A stretch of 61,986 nucleotides of DNA, the filler included, from Choristocarpus tenellus KU-1152 (taxonomy: Eukaryota > Protista > Phaeophyceae): NCBI GenBank assembly GCA_964200185.2. It is 10 parts of 10 records of this genome, joined end to end, with 100 filler letters (N's around TTAATTAATTAA, not from the genome) between each part and the next. Parts side by side here need not be neighbours in the genome. Positions count along the whole stretch, not along the records: positions 10,864 to 17,291 come from CAXNAD020008159.1; positions 17,392 to 22,077 come from CAXNAD020013469.1; positions 22,178 to 35,593 come from CAXNAD020001500.1; 7 more parts are not named here. One strand, written 5' to 3'. This document shows positions 13,801 to 25,656 of this stretch, piece by piece (the first letter of the stretch is position 1; every line of letters begins with the position of its first letter). A program made the position numbers and the translations under genes. The notes under the pieces were generated by a model, which saw only the letters and a program-made list of their open reading frames with translations, searched no databases and was not told the DNA's origin.

Positions 13801-14866
13801 ATTGTAGGCTACGATATCACTGAGTGACACTTCCTTCAATGACTCCAAAATAGTACCTTATTCTATTGGCTGGGTTTTTGCAAAGAGGAAAATCCTGCAG
13901 TTTGTTGTTTTTCCACTTTCAATGGTCTCCTTATTTGGTATATCTGGAGAAATCGGAAGAACTACATTTTGTTTAATTCCAGGGTGGAATCCCATTCAAA
14001 TGTTCAGACCGCTCTAAGCAACCCACAAATTTGTTTATCGTTTGGAACAGGTCTGAGGCACAACACAGAAATAAATTGACGAGGAATAGAGAAAACAGAA
14101 GATGGATAAGACAAAATCCAGACCGCAAGAACCTGCCCATTATTATTGCTCACAAGTTGGGAGCATGGCACATGATCATTGACACGTCAAGGTTCGTGAG
14201 GGGCAAACGAAATTCGGTCAGGATCAAACCTGTCCATCCACTTGAACACCACCACCCATCAAAATAAAGTGTTAAAGTTCAAGAAAAATAACCCAGAAGG
14301 ATCTCCTTAGAAGCACTCAACATATTGGTTGAAGTATAATGACCATGCGCATGCCTTTATATACTTGAGGAGCTTATTAAACTGATCCTATGGCATGGAA
14401 AAGTGTGACTAACACAGCTTCTTCAGTATAGCAATACAAATTCTTCATAATAGTATCTTAACTCCATAAACCACGTATACTCCACCGCAAGTGCAACTGA
14501 CCATGGAAAAAAGAGTCTCTGTTTTCGAAGAGTGGTCTCGATACTATCACATCTAGTCTTCACAAGGGCATCATTGAATGCCAGTATACAATTGGTGCAT
14601 TCCAGTTTGTTACAAAATCGGATGCAGTGTAGGAGGCACCTGAGTTGAACTTATGGTGATCTTTCCATCACTACCTTTAAACCACAAGGTAGGAACGCTC
14701 AGACTAATAACATACATGCTCTGTGGTACTACTAAAAAACATAGTGCTATTATCAACACTAATACTATAATACTCAAAGTGATACACAATACGTTTGGGA
14801 CGCCAATATTTAAAAGTACAATATACCATGGTACAAGTACATGTGATGATAGATACGAATGAAAAA

Positions 14867-14939
14867 TGGAGAATGTGGGTATCGATCCCACTACTTCTTC
14901 CATGCTAAGGAAGCGCTCTACCATTTGAGCTAATCCCCC
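14867..14939 (-). tRNA. tRNA-Ala(AGC)
   Basis: GGGGGATTAGCTCAAATGGTAGAGCGCTTCCTTAGCATGGAAGAAGTAGTGGGATCGATACCCACATTCTCCA: 73-nt cloverleaf with G3:U70 Ala identity pair, AGC anticodon in a CTTCC/GGAAG stem, eukaryotic Ala ATCG T-loop, and a T5 Pol III terminator directly downstream. Confidence 0.96.
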
Positions 14940-15151
14940 ACACACCATATTAGATGAAATATCACATGAGTACACCGATTATTCCATGTCCACCCACCCA
15001 CACTTTACAGATATATTTCACAAAAACAAAAAACATACAAGAGAACAACACAGCAAAGTCTACAGTGCTGCTTATAACTAAGAGTTTTCTATGCAACAAT
15101 CGTAGCAGTACTTACAGCATATTCTTCAGTATTGATAGATAGAAACAAGCA

Positions 15152-16929
15152 CTTCCTTCGTTCGGAATTAAATGTGACGTAACTTTTGCAACCTCCTTCT
15201 CGCCTGGGAACGACCCAGGTGATAAGCCCTGTGGACGAGACTATGTTCTCATATAGATTGGGAGGCGTGCGAAGTTTGAGATTGTGGGTTGTCATGGCTG
15301 TTGAGGATCACCTGTGTAAGGTTGAACGAGCCACATTTGACGGGGTTCAAAAACCTCATGAAACTGTCAAAGAAGGTGTCCATTGGGATGCCTAGGATGA
15401 AGACCTCCAGTCATTCCAGCGGCTCACTCGTACCATCGTTTCCCATCGGTTCCAACTCTTCGGCACTGAAGTCTGTCCGAGGTCAGGACTCAAACACCCC
15501 AATGAAGAACAGCGTGGTGATGCAATGCCTGGAGGCGAGAGGGCATGAGACTCGAATGCCCCGGGGGACAACAGCAGCCATCGCAGAGGGCTTTGGATTT
15601 TCCTGAATCACCGCGTTCCGTCATCTGAAGAAATGTGACAGCCAGATCGAATGGGGTGAATGCATGGACCTTGTACGACATTGCAAGGGGCAATGTGACT
15701 GCCTTACAAGTATCCTCAGCATTTGGGATGTCCCATTGGTACACCGAAGCTCCTTCCGTAAATGGGTGGTCAAAGTTGGCGTCTTCCTTGACTCACTTTG
15801 GGGTCTGTGCAACCACAAGAGGGTGAAGAAGGTCGAGCAGAGGATTAAGCCAGTCCTCTCAGACCAGCAGAAAGTCAACAGGTCAGGTTTTGTCATCAGT
15901 CACTTGCAAAGGAGAGGGAGAAATGGGGTATTAGTGGATGATCTATATGACTGGGTGCATGTGGACGAGAAGTGGTTTTTCATCCTCGAAGATGGGCAAG
16001 GTGTGTACCTGCACCCCACTGAGGACCCCCCCAAACCCCCACAGGCACTGAATAAGCGTTACATTGTGAAGGTGATGTTCCTTACAGCTGTGGCCAGCCC
16101 TAGGAAGCTATCCAACGGGACGTGGTTGGATGAGAAAATCGGAATCTAGACAATCATGGACATGAAGGTCGCTCAGTACTCCAGCAAATACCACCCCAAG
16201 GGCACCAAGGTGCTTGTGCCGGCTACCATGGACGGGGGGAGGTGTATACAAAGCTCATGATCGAGGATGTCATCCCAGCAATATTGGCCCACATGCCTAG
16301 GCAAAGTCACACACCGAGGAGGGGATGATGGAGGCAATTCGAGGGGGCAGCAGGGGATGACATTGTCATGGAGACCCAGCCAGCTAAGTCACCGACCCTC
16401 AACGCCAATTGCCTGGGATTCCTCCATATTTCACTCAGTAACTGAAGGAAGAGACCCAAAGCATTTAAGAGTGTAGGAGCTTTGATCTATTTGTCCGTTC
16501 GTGGCTTGGCTTCCCATGTTTTCTTTGTACCCTTTTTCGGTTTTCTGTGTGAACACAGTTCAATAAAATGTATACGGCTATGAAAGGTGTGTCCTGAGCA
16601 AGGGTACTGACACTTTCTAACAAACACGATAGCCAAAATTAATCAATATCGCAACATTGGATTTATGACCCCCAACCGACGCGACCATACCCTCTTAAGT
16701 GCTTTGACTCAAGAAGTGGGGGTGACCAACACAGAGGAGGTGGTGGAGGCCACAACGGAAGTGTTCCATGTATACCTCAGGGAGACACTAGAGTGCGTCC
16801 GGCAGAGCCTCCTTGCAGTCAACGGCAAAGTTCTGGGGTCCAAGGGTGACAGCATCTTCAAAATTCTCCATCTTAGAAATGAAAAGGTTGAGAATGTGGG
16901 CAAGCTCCCCCCGAATGCACCAATGTATG
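15152..16929 (+). mobile_element. Degenerate Tc1/mariner element (plant-mariner/DD39D-like), copy 1
   Basis: 5' TIR CTTCCTTCGTTCGGAATTAAATGT. Transposase motifs DWVHVDEKWFF, KRYIVKVMFLTAVASPR and KIGI*. Stops and frameshifts. MITE inserted at 16453; 3' end replaced by a MITE fragment. Confidence 0.9.
16453..16710 (-). mobile_element. MITE family A copy nested in mariner copy 1, TSD AAGA
   Basis: Removing it and one AAGA restores CTGAAGGAAGAAGTGGGGGTGACC, matching the uninterrupted mariner copy 3. Confidence 0.92.
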
Positions 16930-17041
16930 GAGCCAGAGTATCTTAGAGGGTAGGGCCGTGTCAATTGGAAGGTCAAAATCCAATGTGGCGATTTTGATGC
17001 AATTTTGGGTATTGTGCTTGTTAGTAAGTGTCAGCATCCTG
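16930..17041 (+). mobile_element. MITE family A 5' fragment
   Basis: GAGCCAGAGTATCTTAGAGGGTAGGGCCGTGTCAATTGG...GTGTCAGCATCCT, then unrelated sequence. Confidence 0.85.
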
Positions 17042-17698
17042 GTGTTACAGGCGAATAGCGTGAGAGTTTCTTCTTGTATTTCAACAAAGTTTGAGCATTT
17101 GTTACACACGAATAGCGCGAGCATTTTCTCCTCATGTGTTAGGAAATACGAACATTTGTAAGAGACATAGTGCGAAGATTGTTTCTCGAGTTCTGACAAG
17201 TGCGAACTACATACGATATTAGTAACACATAGGTTAACCTTACAAAATAAGTGATTATTTGAAGGAGATGCAGAGTAAGATTCGGAATACCNNNNNNNNN
17301 NNNNNNNNNNNNNNNNNNNNNNNNNNNNNNNNNNNTTAATTAATTAANNNNNNNNNNNNNNNNNNNNNNNNNNNNNNNNNNNNNNNNNNNNCGACATGAA
17401 AAAATTGACCCCAAATGGACAGCCGCCACCCCCTCCCAGATACTTTGAGCCATGGAAACTACTTTGGGAGCTATTCTATACCTAGATACTTATCACATCC
17501 CATGTCCATTCAATCTGGGCACGAATTCCAGTGCTTGCATGCAGATACCCGTTTTTTCTGGGCTAGTCTAATGGTGCAAGTCTAACCCTAACCCTTGTGG
17601 TTGTGTAGGGGCAAGTTTGATGGTCAGATCATCGGCAAGCATAGGTTAGGGAACTCACAATTAAAGTATGATGCGGACTGTACATAGTCTGTGCTGAC

Positions 17699-19101
17699 CC
17701 ATTCCCTCTCCTTGTCATACATGTCCCCAGGAACAATATCGCCGATGGTGCATATGCCCTCCTTATCCTCCTCTGCTTCCCTTTGTCTAGACTCTAACAT
17801 ATCTGCCAATGCTGCTTCAGTGGCTTCAGATACCTGGAGTTGTAATAGGCAGTTTCTTAAGATATCATTCGACAAGCTCAGGATATTTTTATGTTTTCTA
17901 GCCTGGAGGGCTCAATGAAGTTCAAGAAGTTGTTGTGTGAGAGAGAACAGGTGTACACCCAATGTGTACAGACTCGGTGAGACTGAAGAGGTTAGGTATA
18001 GGTATGTCAAGGGCCAGGTAAATGGAAAACTCTGGCATGCTTGATACAGCCCTCAAAGGAGAAGAGTTACCAGGGACTCAAGTCGTGTGCAATATTGCAG
18101 AGCCAAACCAGGACTTTCAGCTAGTGACAAGAGCAAAGTATTAGTTAATGCTACCTAGCATGTTTCAATATACTACAATTGCCTCATCTGGACAAATAGT
18201 ACCAAACACAAATTGGTCTCGCAATTCTGTCTACCTCTAAAAGAACTTTCAGAGTGCCGTTTCTCTCTCCAATGCCGCTCCTCTCTGCCCGAACTCTCCT
18301 GAGCTCTGTTTGAGCGGCCCAATGCCTCTCTTGGTACAACAGGTATCGCCTCCGCCCCTCTTCAAGCAAAGCCTCGCGCATCTCAGCAACACGCCTGAGA
18401 AGAAGTGGAGAGGAGGAGATGATGACCAACTCTTCGCAAGAAAGTAACCACTTACTATTTTGAGCAAGGAAGGAGAACCTCTGAAGGGTACTTTCAGAGC
18501 TTTAATTCAAATATGTTTCCTTTCATACAGTACATTGCGCTGCTCACATTAGAGTGAAAGTATCTTAGAGGGTACGAGTTTTGTTCTGTTTTTCCATTTG
18601 AGGCTTGGCTACCCACGGGGTTTCTTATGACGTTTTCCTAGTCCAAAATATTTCGGAGTAGGTAAAATGTAATGCCATGAAAAGGTATGTCCGGAACAAG
18701 GATATTGATACTTCCTAACAAAGACGATAGCCAAAATTACATCAAAATTGCAACATTGGATTTTGGCCCCCAAATGGACGCGACTCTACCCTCTAAGATA
18801 CTTTGACTCATTAGCTCATTGACATTGGGGGAGAGCTTCTGGAATTTCAGAATCAAAGGGCCATCGAACAGGAAGGAAGAAGACCAAACGTCAGGGTTGC
18901 GATTGAATTCAATTCTTGTGCACAGGGTAGACCTACAGGAAACGAGAAAGGTGAGGGTGGACCAAATGAGCTATACCTTCGTGCGTCCACGTCTCGGCAT
19001 GCCCTCTGCTTCTCCCAGTGCAAGGTTTCAAATCGATTCGAGGACATGTTTACAAGGCGTCTAAGAGCTTCGTGCTCCTCCAATGCATTGGATAGCTCAA
19101 C
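17699..19101 (-). CDS. Internal exons of a coiled-coil protein gene: 18977-19101, 18235-18394, 17699-17902
   Basis: GT-AG boundaries with consistent phases (0/2, 2/0, 0/0). Spliced peptide VELSNALEEHEALRR...RVAEMREALLEEGRRR...ARKHKNILSLSNDILRNCLLQLQV is E/R/L-rich helical. Confidence 0.7.
18552..18809 (-). mobile_element. MITE family A copy (intronic), TSD ATTA
   Basis: GAGTGAAAGTATCTTAGAGGGTA...TACCCTCTAAGATACTTTGACTC flanked by ATTA on both sides. Confidence 0.95.
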
Positions 19102-19661
19102 CTGTGTGTTGTGGAAAAAAATCGCGTACAGAAAAAAAAACTGAAACTTCAAGTCTCAAGGTGTTGCATATCAATAGAGTCTTGTGTTAACCACTGTGTC
19201 AAAACAAGCTACGAGTACTAGAGCTGTATACTAGTGGATAGAAGTGTGTGGGCACTGTAGTGGCAAGGGCTATGCATGGGTTTGACCTGAACTTGTGTGA
19301 AAAGGTGGGGCATAAACAGTGGGCAGAGTATTCATACCACTATCAGGGTTGCATCGTCTAGGAGAGATTATGTAATTGTGGTGCAAGAACTGTACAGGTG
19401 GACTATTTCATAGGCACTGCTTTTTTCAAAATCGTCTAAGTATTGTTCCTCGAAGGTGAAATCTCAGTTGGTGGAAACAAACGACAATGATGTGCAAATG
19501 TTTAAGAATCAATGACTGGCCTTAGCTTTTTCTTTTTTGGTCTCCTGAGACCAGGAACATCATATTTGAAGAGTCCATGACTGCACCAAGTCTGGGCAAG
19601 TTTCCACAGTCCAGATATACCAACAAAATGATAACTAAAAGAATAGTTTTCTGGGCTACAG

Positions 19662-19923
19662 GGGTGAAATTATCTTAGAGGGTACGTTTGTCGAGTTTTC
19701 CCTGTTTGTCCATCTGGGGCCTGGCTTCCCACGGGCCTGCAGTGACATTTTACCTAATCCGAAACATTTCGGAGTAGGTAAAATGTTAATGTTATGAAAA
19801 GGTGTGTCCGGAACAAGGATATTGACATCTCCTAACAAACAAGATAGTTAAAATTTCATCAAAATTGCAACATTGGATTTTGGTCCCCAAATGGACGTGG
19901 CTCTACCCTCTAAGACGCTTTTG
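19662..19923 (-). mobile_element. MITE family A copy abutting the 3' end of mariner copy 2
   Basis: Family core with degenerate TIRs. Confidence 0.88.
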
Positions 19924-21365
19924 AGAACTCAGTCTTTTCCTTGCTAAAGCGGGGAATTTTGAAGATGTTGTCACCCTTGGACCCCAGCACATCGCCGTAG
20001 ACTGCAAAGAGGCTCTGCCAGACTCGCTCTAGTGTCTCCCAGGGATACACATCGAGTGCCTCCATTGTGGCCTCCACCAGCTCTGCTTGTTGGTCACCCC
20101 CACGTCTTCCTTCAGTTGCTGGGTGGAACGAAAGAGTCCCTCAGTCGTTGATATTGAGGTCAGGTGAGTTGACTGGCTGAATCTCTATGACAGTGTTGTT
20201 CCCCGATACCTCCTTAATTGCTTCCATGATCCTCCCTTGGTGTGTGGCTTTGCCCTGTGCTGCTGCAAGAAAATGATGTGTCGTTCCAGCCTAGGCATGT
20301 GGGCCTTGATTGCCTGGACGACAACCTCTTTCATAAGTTTCTTATACCTTGTCCCGTCCTCCATGGCTGTCACCAGCACTTTGGTGCTCTTGGGGTGGTT
20401 TCTGGGGTGCTGAGCAGGACACTGGTGCAAGGAACATCATGTTCGTAATGTAGTGATCACTCTATGCCCGTGGGGGGTTGGGGGGGTCCTCAGTGGGGTT
20501 CAGGTACACACCTTTCCCATCTTCGAGGATGTAAAACCACTTCTCGTCCACATGCACTCAGTCATATAGATTGTCTACTAATACGCCACTTCCCCCCCTC
20601 CTGTGCATGTGGTTGAAGACAAAATCCACCCTGCTGACTTTCTGCTGATCAGACAAGACTGGCTTAATCCACTGCTTGAACTTCTTCACCTTCTCAGGCT
20701 TGCACAGATCCCACAACAAGGCAAGAGAGGCCCCAGCTTTGGCCACACATTCGTGGAAAGATGTGTAGTGTACCTATCGGACATGCCAAATATCGAGGAT
20801 GCTTGTATGGCGACCACATCGCCCCTTGCAACGTCATAGAAGGTTCATTCATTCACCCCGTGCAACCTGACTGCCATTCTCCTTCAGATGACGGGACACA
20901 GTGATTTGGAAAATTCCGAAGTCCGCCGCAATGGTCGCCTCCGTCCCCGAAGGCATCCGTGACACACGCCCTCTCCCCTCCAGGCATCGCACCACCACGC
21001 CGTTCTTCGTTGAGATGCTTGAGTCTAGACCCTGGACAGACTTCTGGTCTGAACAATTGGGACCGATGGGCGACGATGGGATGAGCAAGCGGCTGGAACA
21101 ACCGGGGACCTTTCTTCTAGGCATTCCATGAAACGCTCCCTTTAACAGCTGCACGAGGGTTTTGGACCCCGTCAAACAGGACTTGGTCGACTTTGCGTTG
21201 ATGGCCCTCCACAGTCATGACAGTCCATCATTCCAAACTTTGCACGCCTCCCAATCAATATATATGAGGACTAAGCGTCGTCTAGAGGTTTTATCACGTG
21301 GGCCGTTCCTGGGTGAGAACGGAGCTTGCAAATTTCTGTTACGTTTTATTCCAAACGGAGGAAGG
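19924..21365 (-). mobile_element. Degenerate mariner element, copy 2
   Basis: TIR CCTTCCTCCGTTTGGAATAAAACGT at ~21365. Motifs VHVDEKWFYI, LQQHRAKPH and SPDLNIND. Colinear with copies 1 and 3. Confidence 0.9.
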
Positions 21366-22242
21366 ATATGTTTGTCCCCGGGAAAACTACATTGGTTGGA
21401 GGTTGAACTCGATCCACGTTTGATTACGCATTGTGACCTCTTTATTCAGCAATAGGAGAACGCCCAGGGGAACTGATGGTAGGCACATTGTACTTCTCCT
21501 GACTAGTTCAGAACCTGGTACGTTCTATTTTGAAGCAACTTATCATGAGTATGAATTTGGCAATGGCGACCAATTTCTACAAGTTCAATATAGTGATATT
21601 TTATAACAAAAAATTGGATGATTGACAAAGTGTGCAGCAGCAGTCCTTCTCTTCAATGTACTCGACCAAAATCAGCTCTCATCTGTAAGCACGTTGTTCA
21701 GAACTGACCCAATGGCGTGCTTCTCCATGATGCAAGAACACGTGTACACATACATAGCAAATGTGCTAACAGTCAGAATGGCCAGCATTTGGGAATTGTG
21801 AACTTTTTGCATATCACCAAAGGTTGTGGTTAAGTTCTCTCTGTTGTGTTTCTTGCCTCAATCCAAGAATGGATGGAATGCCGAATCGCAACTCTTTACA
21901 GGTCTCATCTGTGTACCTCTCAAGAGGCAGTCTATTTTGGAGGTGGGCTTATTTAGTTCCTTCAATAATTAAGGACTTTCAAAACTGTCAGGCACCTCAT
22001 TCCCATACTTGAAATCTAGCCAAATTCCCTTAAAAGAGTGTTGGAATGGAAGAGAGGGGTCAAAGTATCTGGGGGGGNNNNNNNNNNNNNNNNNNNNNNN
22101 NNNNNNNNNNNNNNNNNNNNNTTAATTAATTAANNNNNNNNNNNNNNNNNNNNNNNNNNNNNNNNNNNNNNNNNNNNGGGGTCCGGGCGGGGGTTTTTGT
22201 TTTGTTGTGGTAGAAGTTTTTCTTTTTTGCGGTCCGTGTTTT

Positions 22243-22276
<34 letters not shown>

Positions 22277-22793
22277 AGAGGGAGGTGCTTGGCGGAAGGA
22301 AATGGATGGAGATATTTGTTAGATGTGGCTCTGGTCAATGATTGCTTGGGTCTTGCGGGTTGGTGCTGAATCACTCTTCTTGGTGTGATAAGTCAGCGGT
22401 GATTTCCTCTTACTGTATAGAACAAATCGGAAAAATAGTTGTACTAATAGATACATAATAATGTAACCATGTAACGGGAAAACAATAAAGGTGAAAAGGA
22501 TGTGAAGACTGTGCTTGTCTCCTGTTTGTCATAGTTTCCCATTTCAACCTCAAGGGGGGGTGTTGGAAAGGGGACTTGTTTCCTTGTTTCCTTCTTTTTT
22601 TTGTGGACACACTCAACATATCATGATTGGACAGCACTACAAAGGGTCAAGAGAGTAACCTCCCCCCCCCCCCNNNNNNNNNNAAATCATGCTGTGACCC
22701 CCCCACAAAGGGGCCAAAGAGGCACCCCCCCCCCCCCCCCCCCCCAAGAAAAAAACGCATCCCCCACTCTCCCTCCCTTCACCAATTCTCCAG

Positions 22794-22946
22794 GTGGTTG
22801 CAGCGGTGGTGGGCCGCATGGAGCGGCCCATGATCCCCCCCAAGTGCCCACCAGCACTGGCAGAGCTGATGCAGGGCTGCTGGCAACACAACCCAGACCT
22901 CCGACCATCATTCGACCAGATTGTGCCCTTGCTGAAGGGGCTTTAG
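22794..22946 (+). CDS. Last exon of a TKL-group protein kinase (subdomains X-XI)
   Basis: Pyrimidine tract + CAG acceptor, then VVAAVVGRMERPMIPPKCPPALAELMQGCWQHNPDLRPSFDQIVPLLKGL* (CW..xPxxRPxF signature). Not present in the ORF track. Confidence 0.9.
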   Translation: MVAAVVGRMERPMIPPKCPPALAELMQGCWQHNPDLRPSFDQIVPLLKGL

Positions 22947-25656
22947 TCCTCTCCAGATTGGCTTGTTTGTTTAGCAGTGGACACACAGGTCCTAAAGGGG
23001 GCATGTGTAACTTGCTTCACCAGGGTCTTGATGAGTAGTTGCAGCTATGAATATCAGGGTTGGTTGAGGTTGGTAGGATGGAATGGGTGTATGACAGGGT
23101 GATGAAGGGCAAGGCACAGCACTGAGGTGTGGGAATGAGGTGGTGAGAGTTGACTAGGGTTGGGTATATGAGTGGAGATGGGTGTGTGTGTGTGAGAGAG
23201 AGATGAACTTGATGGTGTGTGGGTGTGTTTCCATGTCAGCACTTGTGTACGTGGGCTGTGAGGGAGGGAAGGGAGTAGGGGTAGAATTTTATAGTTGGGG
23301 CTCAGGTGGAGAGAGAGAGACAGAGAGAGAGGAGACTTGTGTGTGTTAAAAGGGCTTCATGACTGGGCCAGCAGGCCATGGGGGGCGGGGAGTAACAGGG
23401 ATGATTTTAGTAAGCTATTATGCTGTGGATGGTATTTTGTCGTCTTTATATGCTCCTCTTTCCCCTGCAACTGATCGCCTGGCATGTAGCTGGGAGGACT
23501 GTCTGCTGCATGTTTTGTGTTAGATGGATACGCAGATTTTGGGTGAAAGACGGGAAGCGTTTGTGTGTTTTGCATGGTGCCAGCTTTCATTCTGACCCAC
23601 TTTATTTTCTCTTTGCTGTGTACCCAGTCCTTGAGGTCCTGTGTTGTTGAGCCCTGCTTACAATTTTAGGGCATCACAATGTTGGTGGAGGGCATTGTGG
23701 GGAGTGAGGAACACAGAACCATTGCTGCTGCTGTTGCACAAATGCCAGCTTTCGTTGAATTCTGATATTTTGTATATGAAACTTTGTGTTTTTTTTCTCT
23801 TGTAAGGCCAACGCTACTTCAGGTATTAGGCTAGGTTGTCACTCAGCTCCTTCGTGTTAATGATATTGTTAGGTGGCCTGCACTTGTTGCTTCCACCCCC
23901 CAGACCATCCAGTAAGACTTTGCGGCCACCAGTCAAGTCAGAAGAGAGGTGCCAGTCAAATTAGGAGGTCAGACCATTTTAACATCCTTTTAGGATGCAA
24001 GTATTTTCAAGACTTTATTTTCCCTGGTTCTGCCTCTTAGCTACAACAAATAATGTGAAAAAACTTCCAGTCCTGGACAGTGTGGTGCAATAGCAGAGTG
24101 CTCGAACACTACATACACTAAAACGGGCTTTACCGCTTGATGCTTGTTTTTCGTATCGGCACATACGACATCTTAATCCTACTCTTGAAACGACATTACA
24201 GTGTCTTACAGAATTGACACCATTATTCAGATCTTTTTGAAAGAGTGTAAAGTCAGATTTCATGTAAAGTGTCTTGCAGCTATCTCCACATCACCATGAA
24301 AAAAAAATGTAGGTTATGCAAACTTTATACATGAATTAGATCTTTTGCAATAGCCACCACAGAAACAGGCATTACATACATTCACAATGTGTACCCTACG
24401 GCAACCTGACATAGGTTGAAAGTCATAGGCACCTCTCACGTTATTGGTGGAAGCCATGCTTGAGAAATGACTTTGCTTGATCCACTAGCGTACCTTTCTG
24501 CTTTATATGTCCTGTGCTGGAGTCAAGGAATGACAATGAACGAACATACATATATTCTCATAAATATCTACATCTCAAATTTGATAGTTATAGGTAGATG
24601 GTGTCTTTGTGTGTGTTTATGTATCTCACTCAAGTTGAGAAATTGGGGAGATGCCAGCCTCAGCAACTACGACTTCCCCTTGTGGTCAATTCATCTCATC
24701 CTTACATATTGGGATGATAGAAAAAAGCACAATCACTCTCACCACTGCAACCTGGCTCACACACACATTTCAAAACAAAAACACAAGATATTCACAGCTC
24801 CACATTGTCCACCCTATCAAGCACAGAAAATACAAGACAGCTGGAGCATGTCCTGTATGACCCAACCTGATGTTGCCACTTCATCAATACAACACAACAA
24901 GGGATGCTTGGAGTTTCCACTAGCACTTACAAAACTCCATGCAGTGCTGGGGCTGGGGCAGGCGAGGGCGGAGGGGGAAACACCCAGTCTTACCTTATCC
25001 AGCTGTCTGATTATTAATAGTGGCATATCTACTTAACTAATTGACTCAAACCTAGCTCACCCAGCCAAACATGATCAAAATAGGTTGAGTGTTGTTTGGG
25101 GGGTAGGGGGGGGGGGGGGGGGGGGGCAAATGTGTGCCTCTTCTCAGAGAACACCCTCCTGGACTATCACCCCTATTTCCAGACAATATCCTTCCCTCAC
25201 CACTAACTCTCCAATCAAATATATCTTGACATCCAGTCTCCATGCTCTACATCTTTCCCCCTCCTATGACATAAAATGAACAGTCTCTGATGCACACCAT
25301 TATCACTCATTGGGGTTGCCAAAATTCAAAAAGAAACACAACCATCCGTTCTTTTCCCATCATCAGTGCAGATGGTCTGATCTACAAGCTCAAAGAAATA
25401 AAATCACAGATACGGTCTGCACATACCCCTCTTGTTCCCAACCATTCTGCTCTATGAATCTACCTCTTCCCAGAGCATAGTCCCACCTCATCCCCAACCA
25501 CGTGGCTTGAGACCACAGCAACACAAGATCAGTGACTAGCCTCTTCTCATGTGAGTTTATACTGGAGGGACATCTGTGCAAATAAGTTCCCCCCTTAACA
25601 CAGAAATGCAAAAGGAGACAATGTACTCATCCAGTGCCGGAAATGAAAACCAGTGT

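Noticed and set aside
14610-14975. 121-aa hydrophobic ORF
   Set aside because: It overlaps the tRNA-Ala gene on the same strand and runs into AT-rich non-coding sequence.
24467-25036. 189-aa ORF
   Set aside because: No recognisable motif, low-complexity composition and no coherent splice context.
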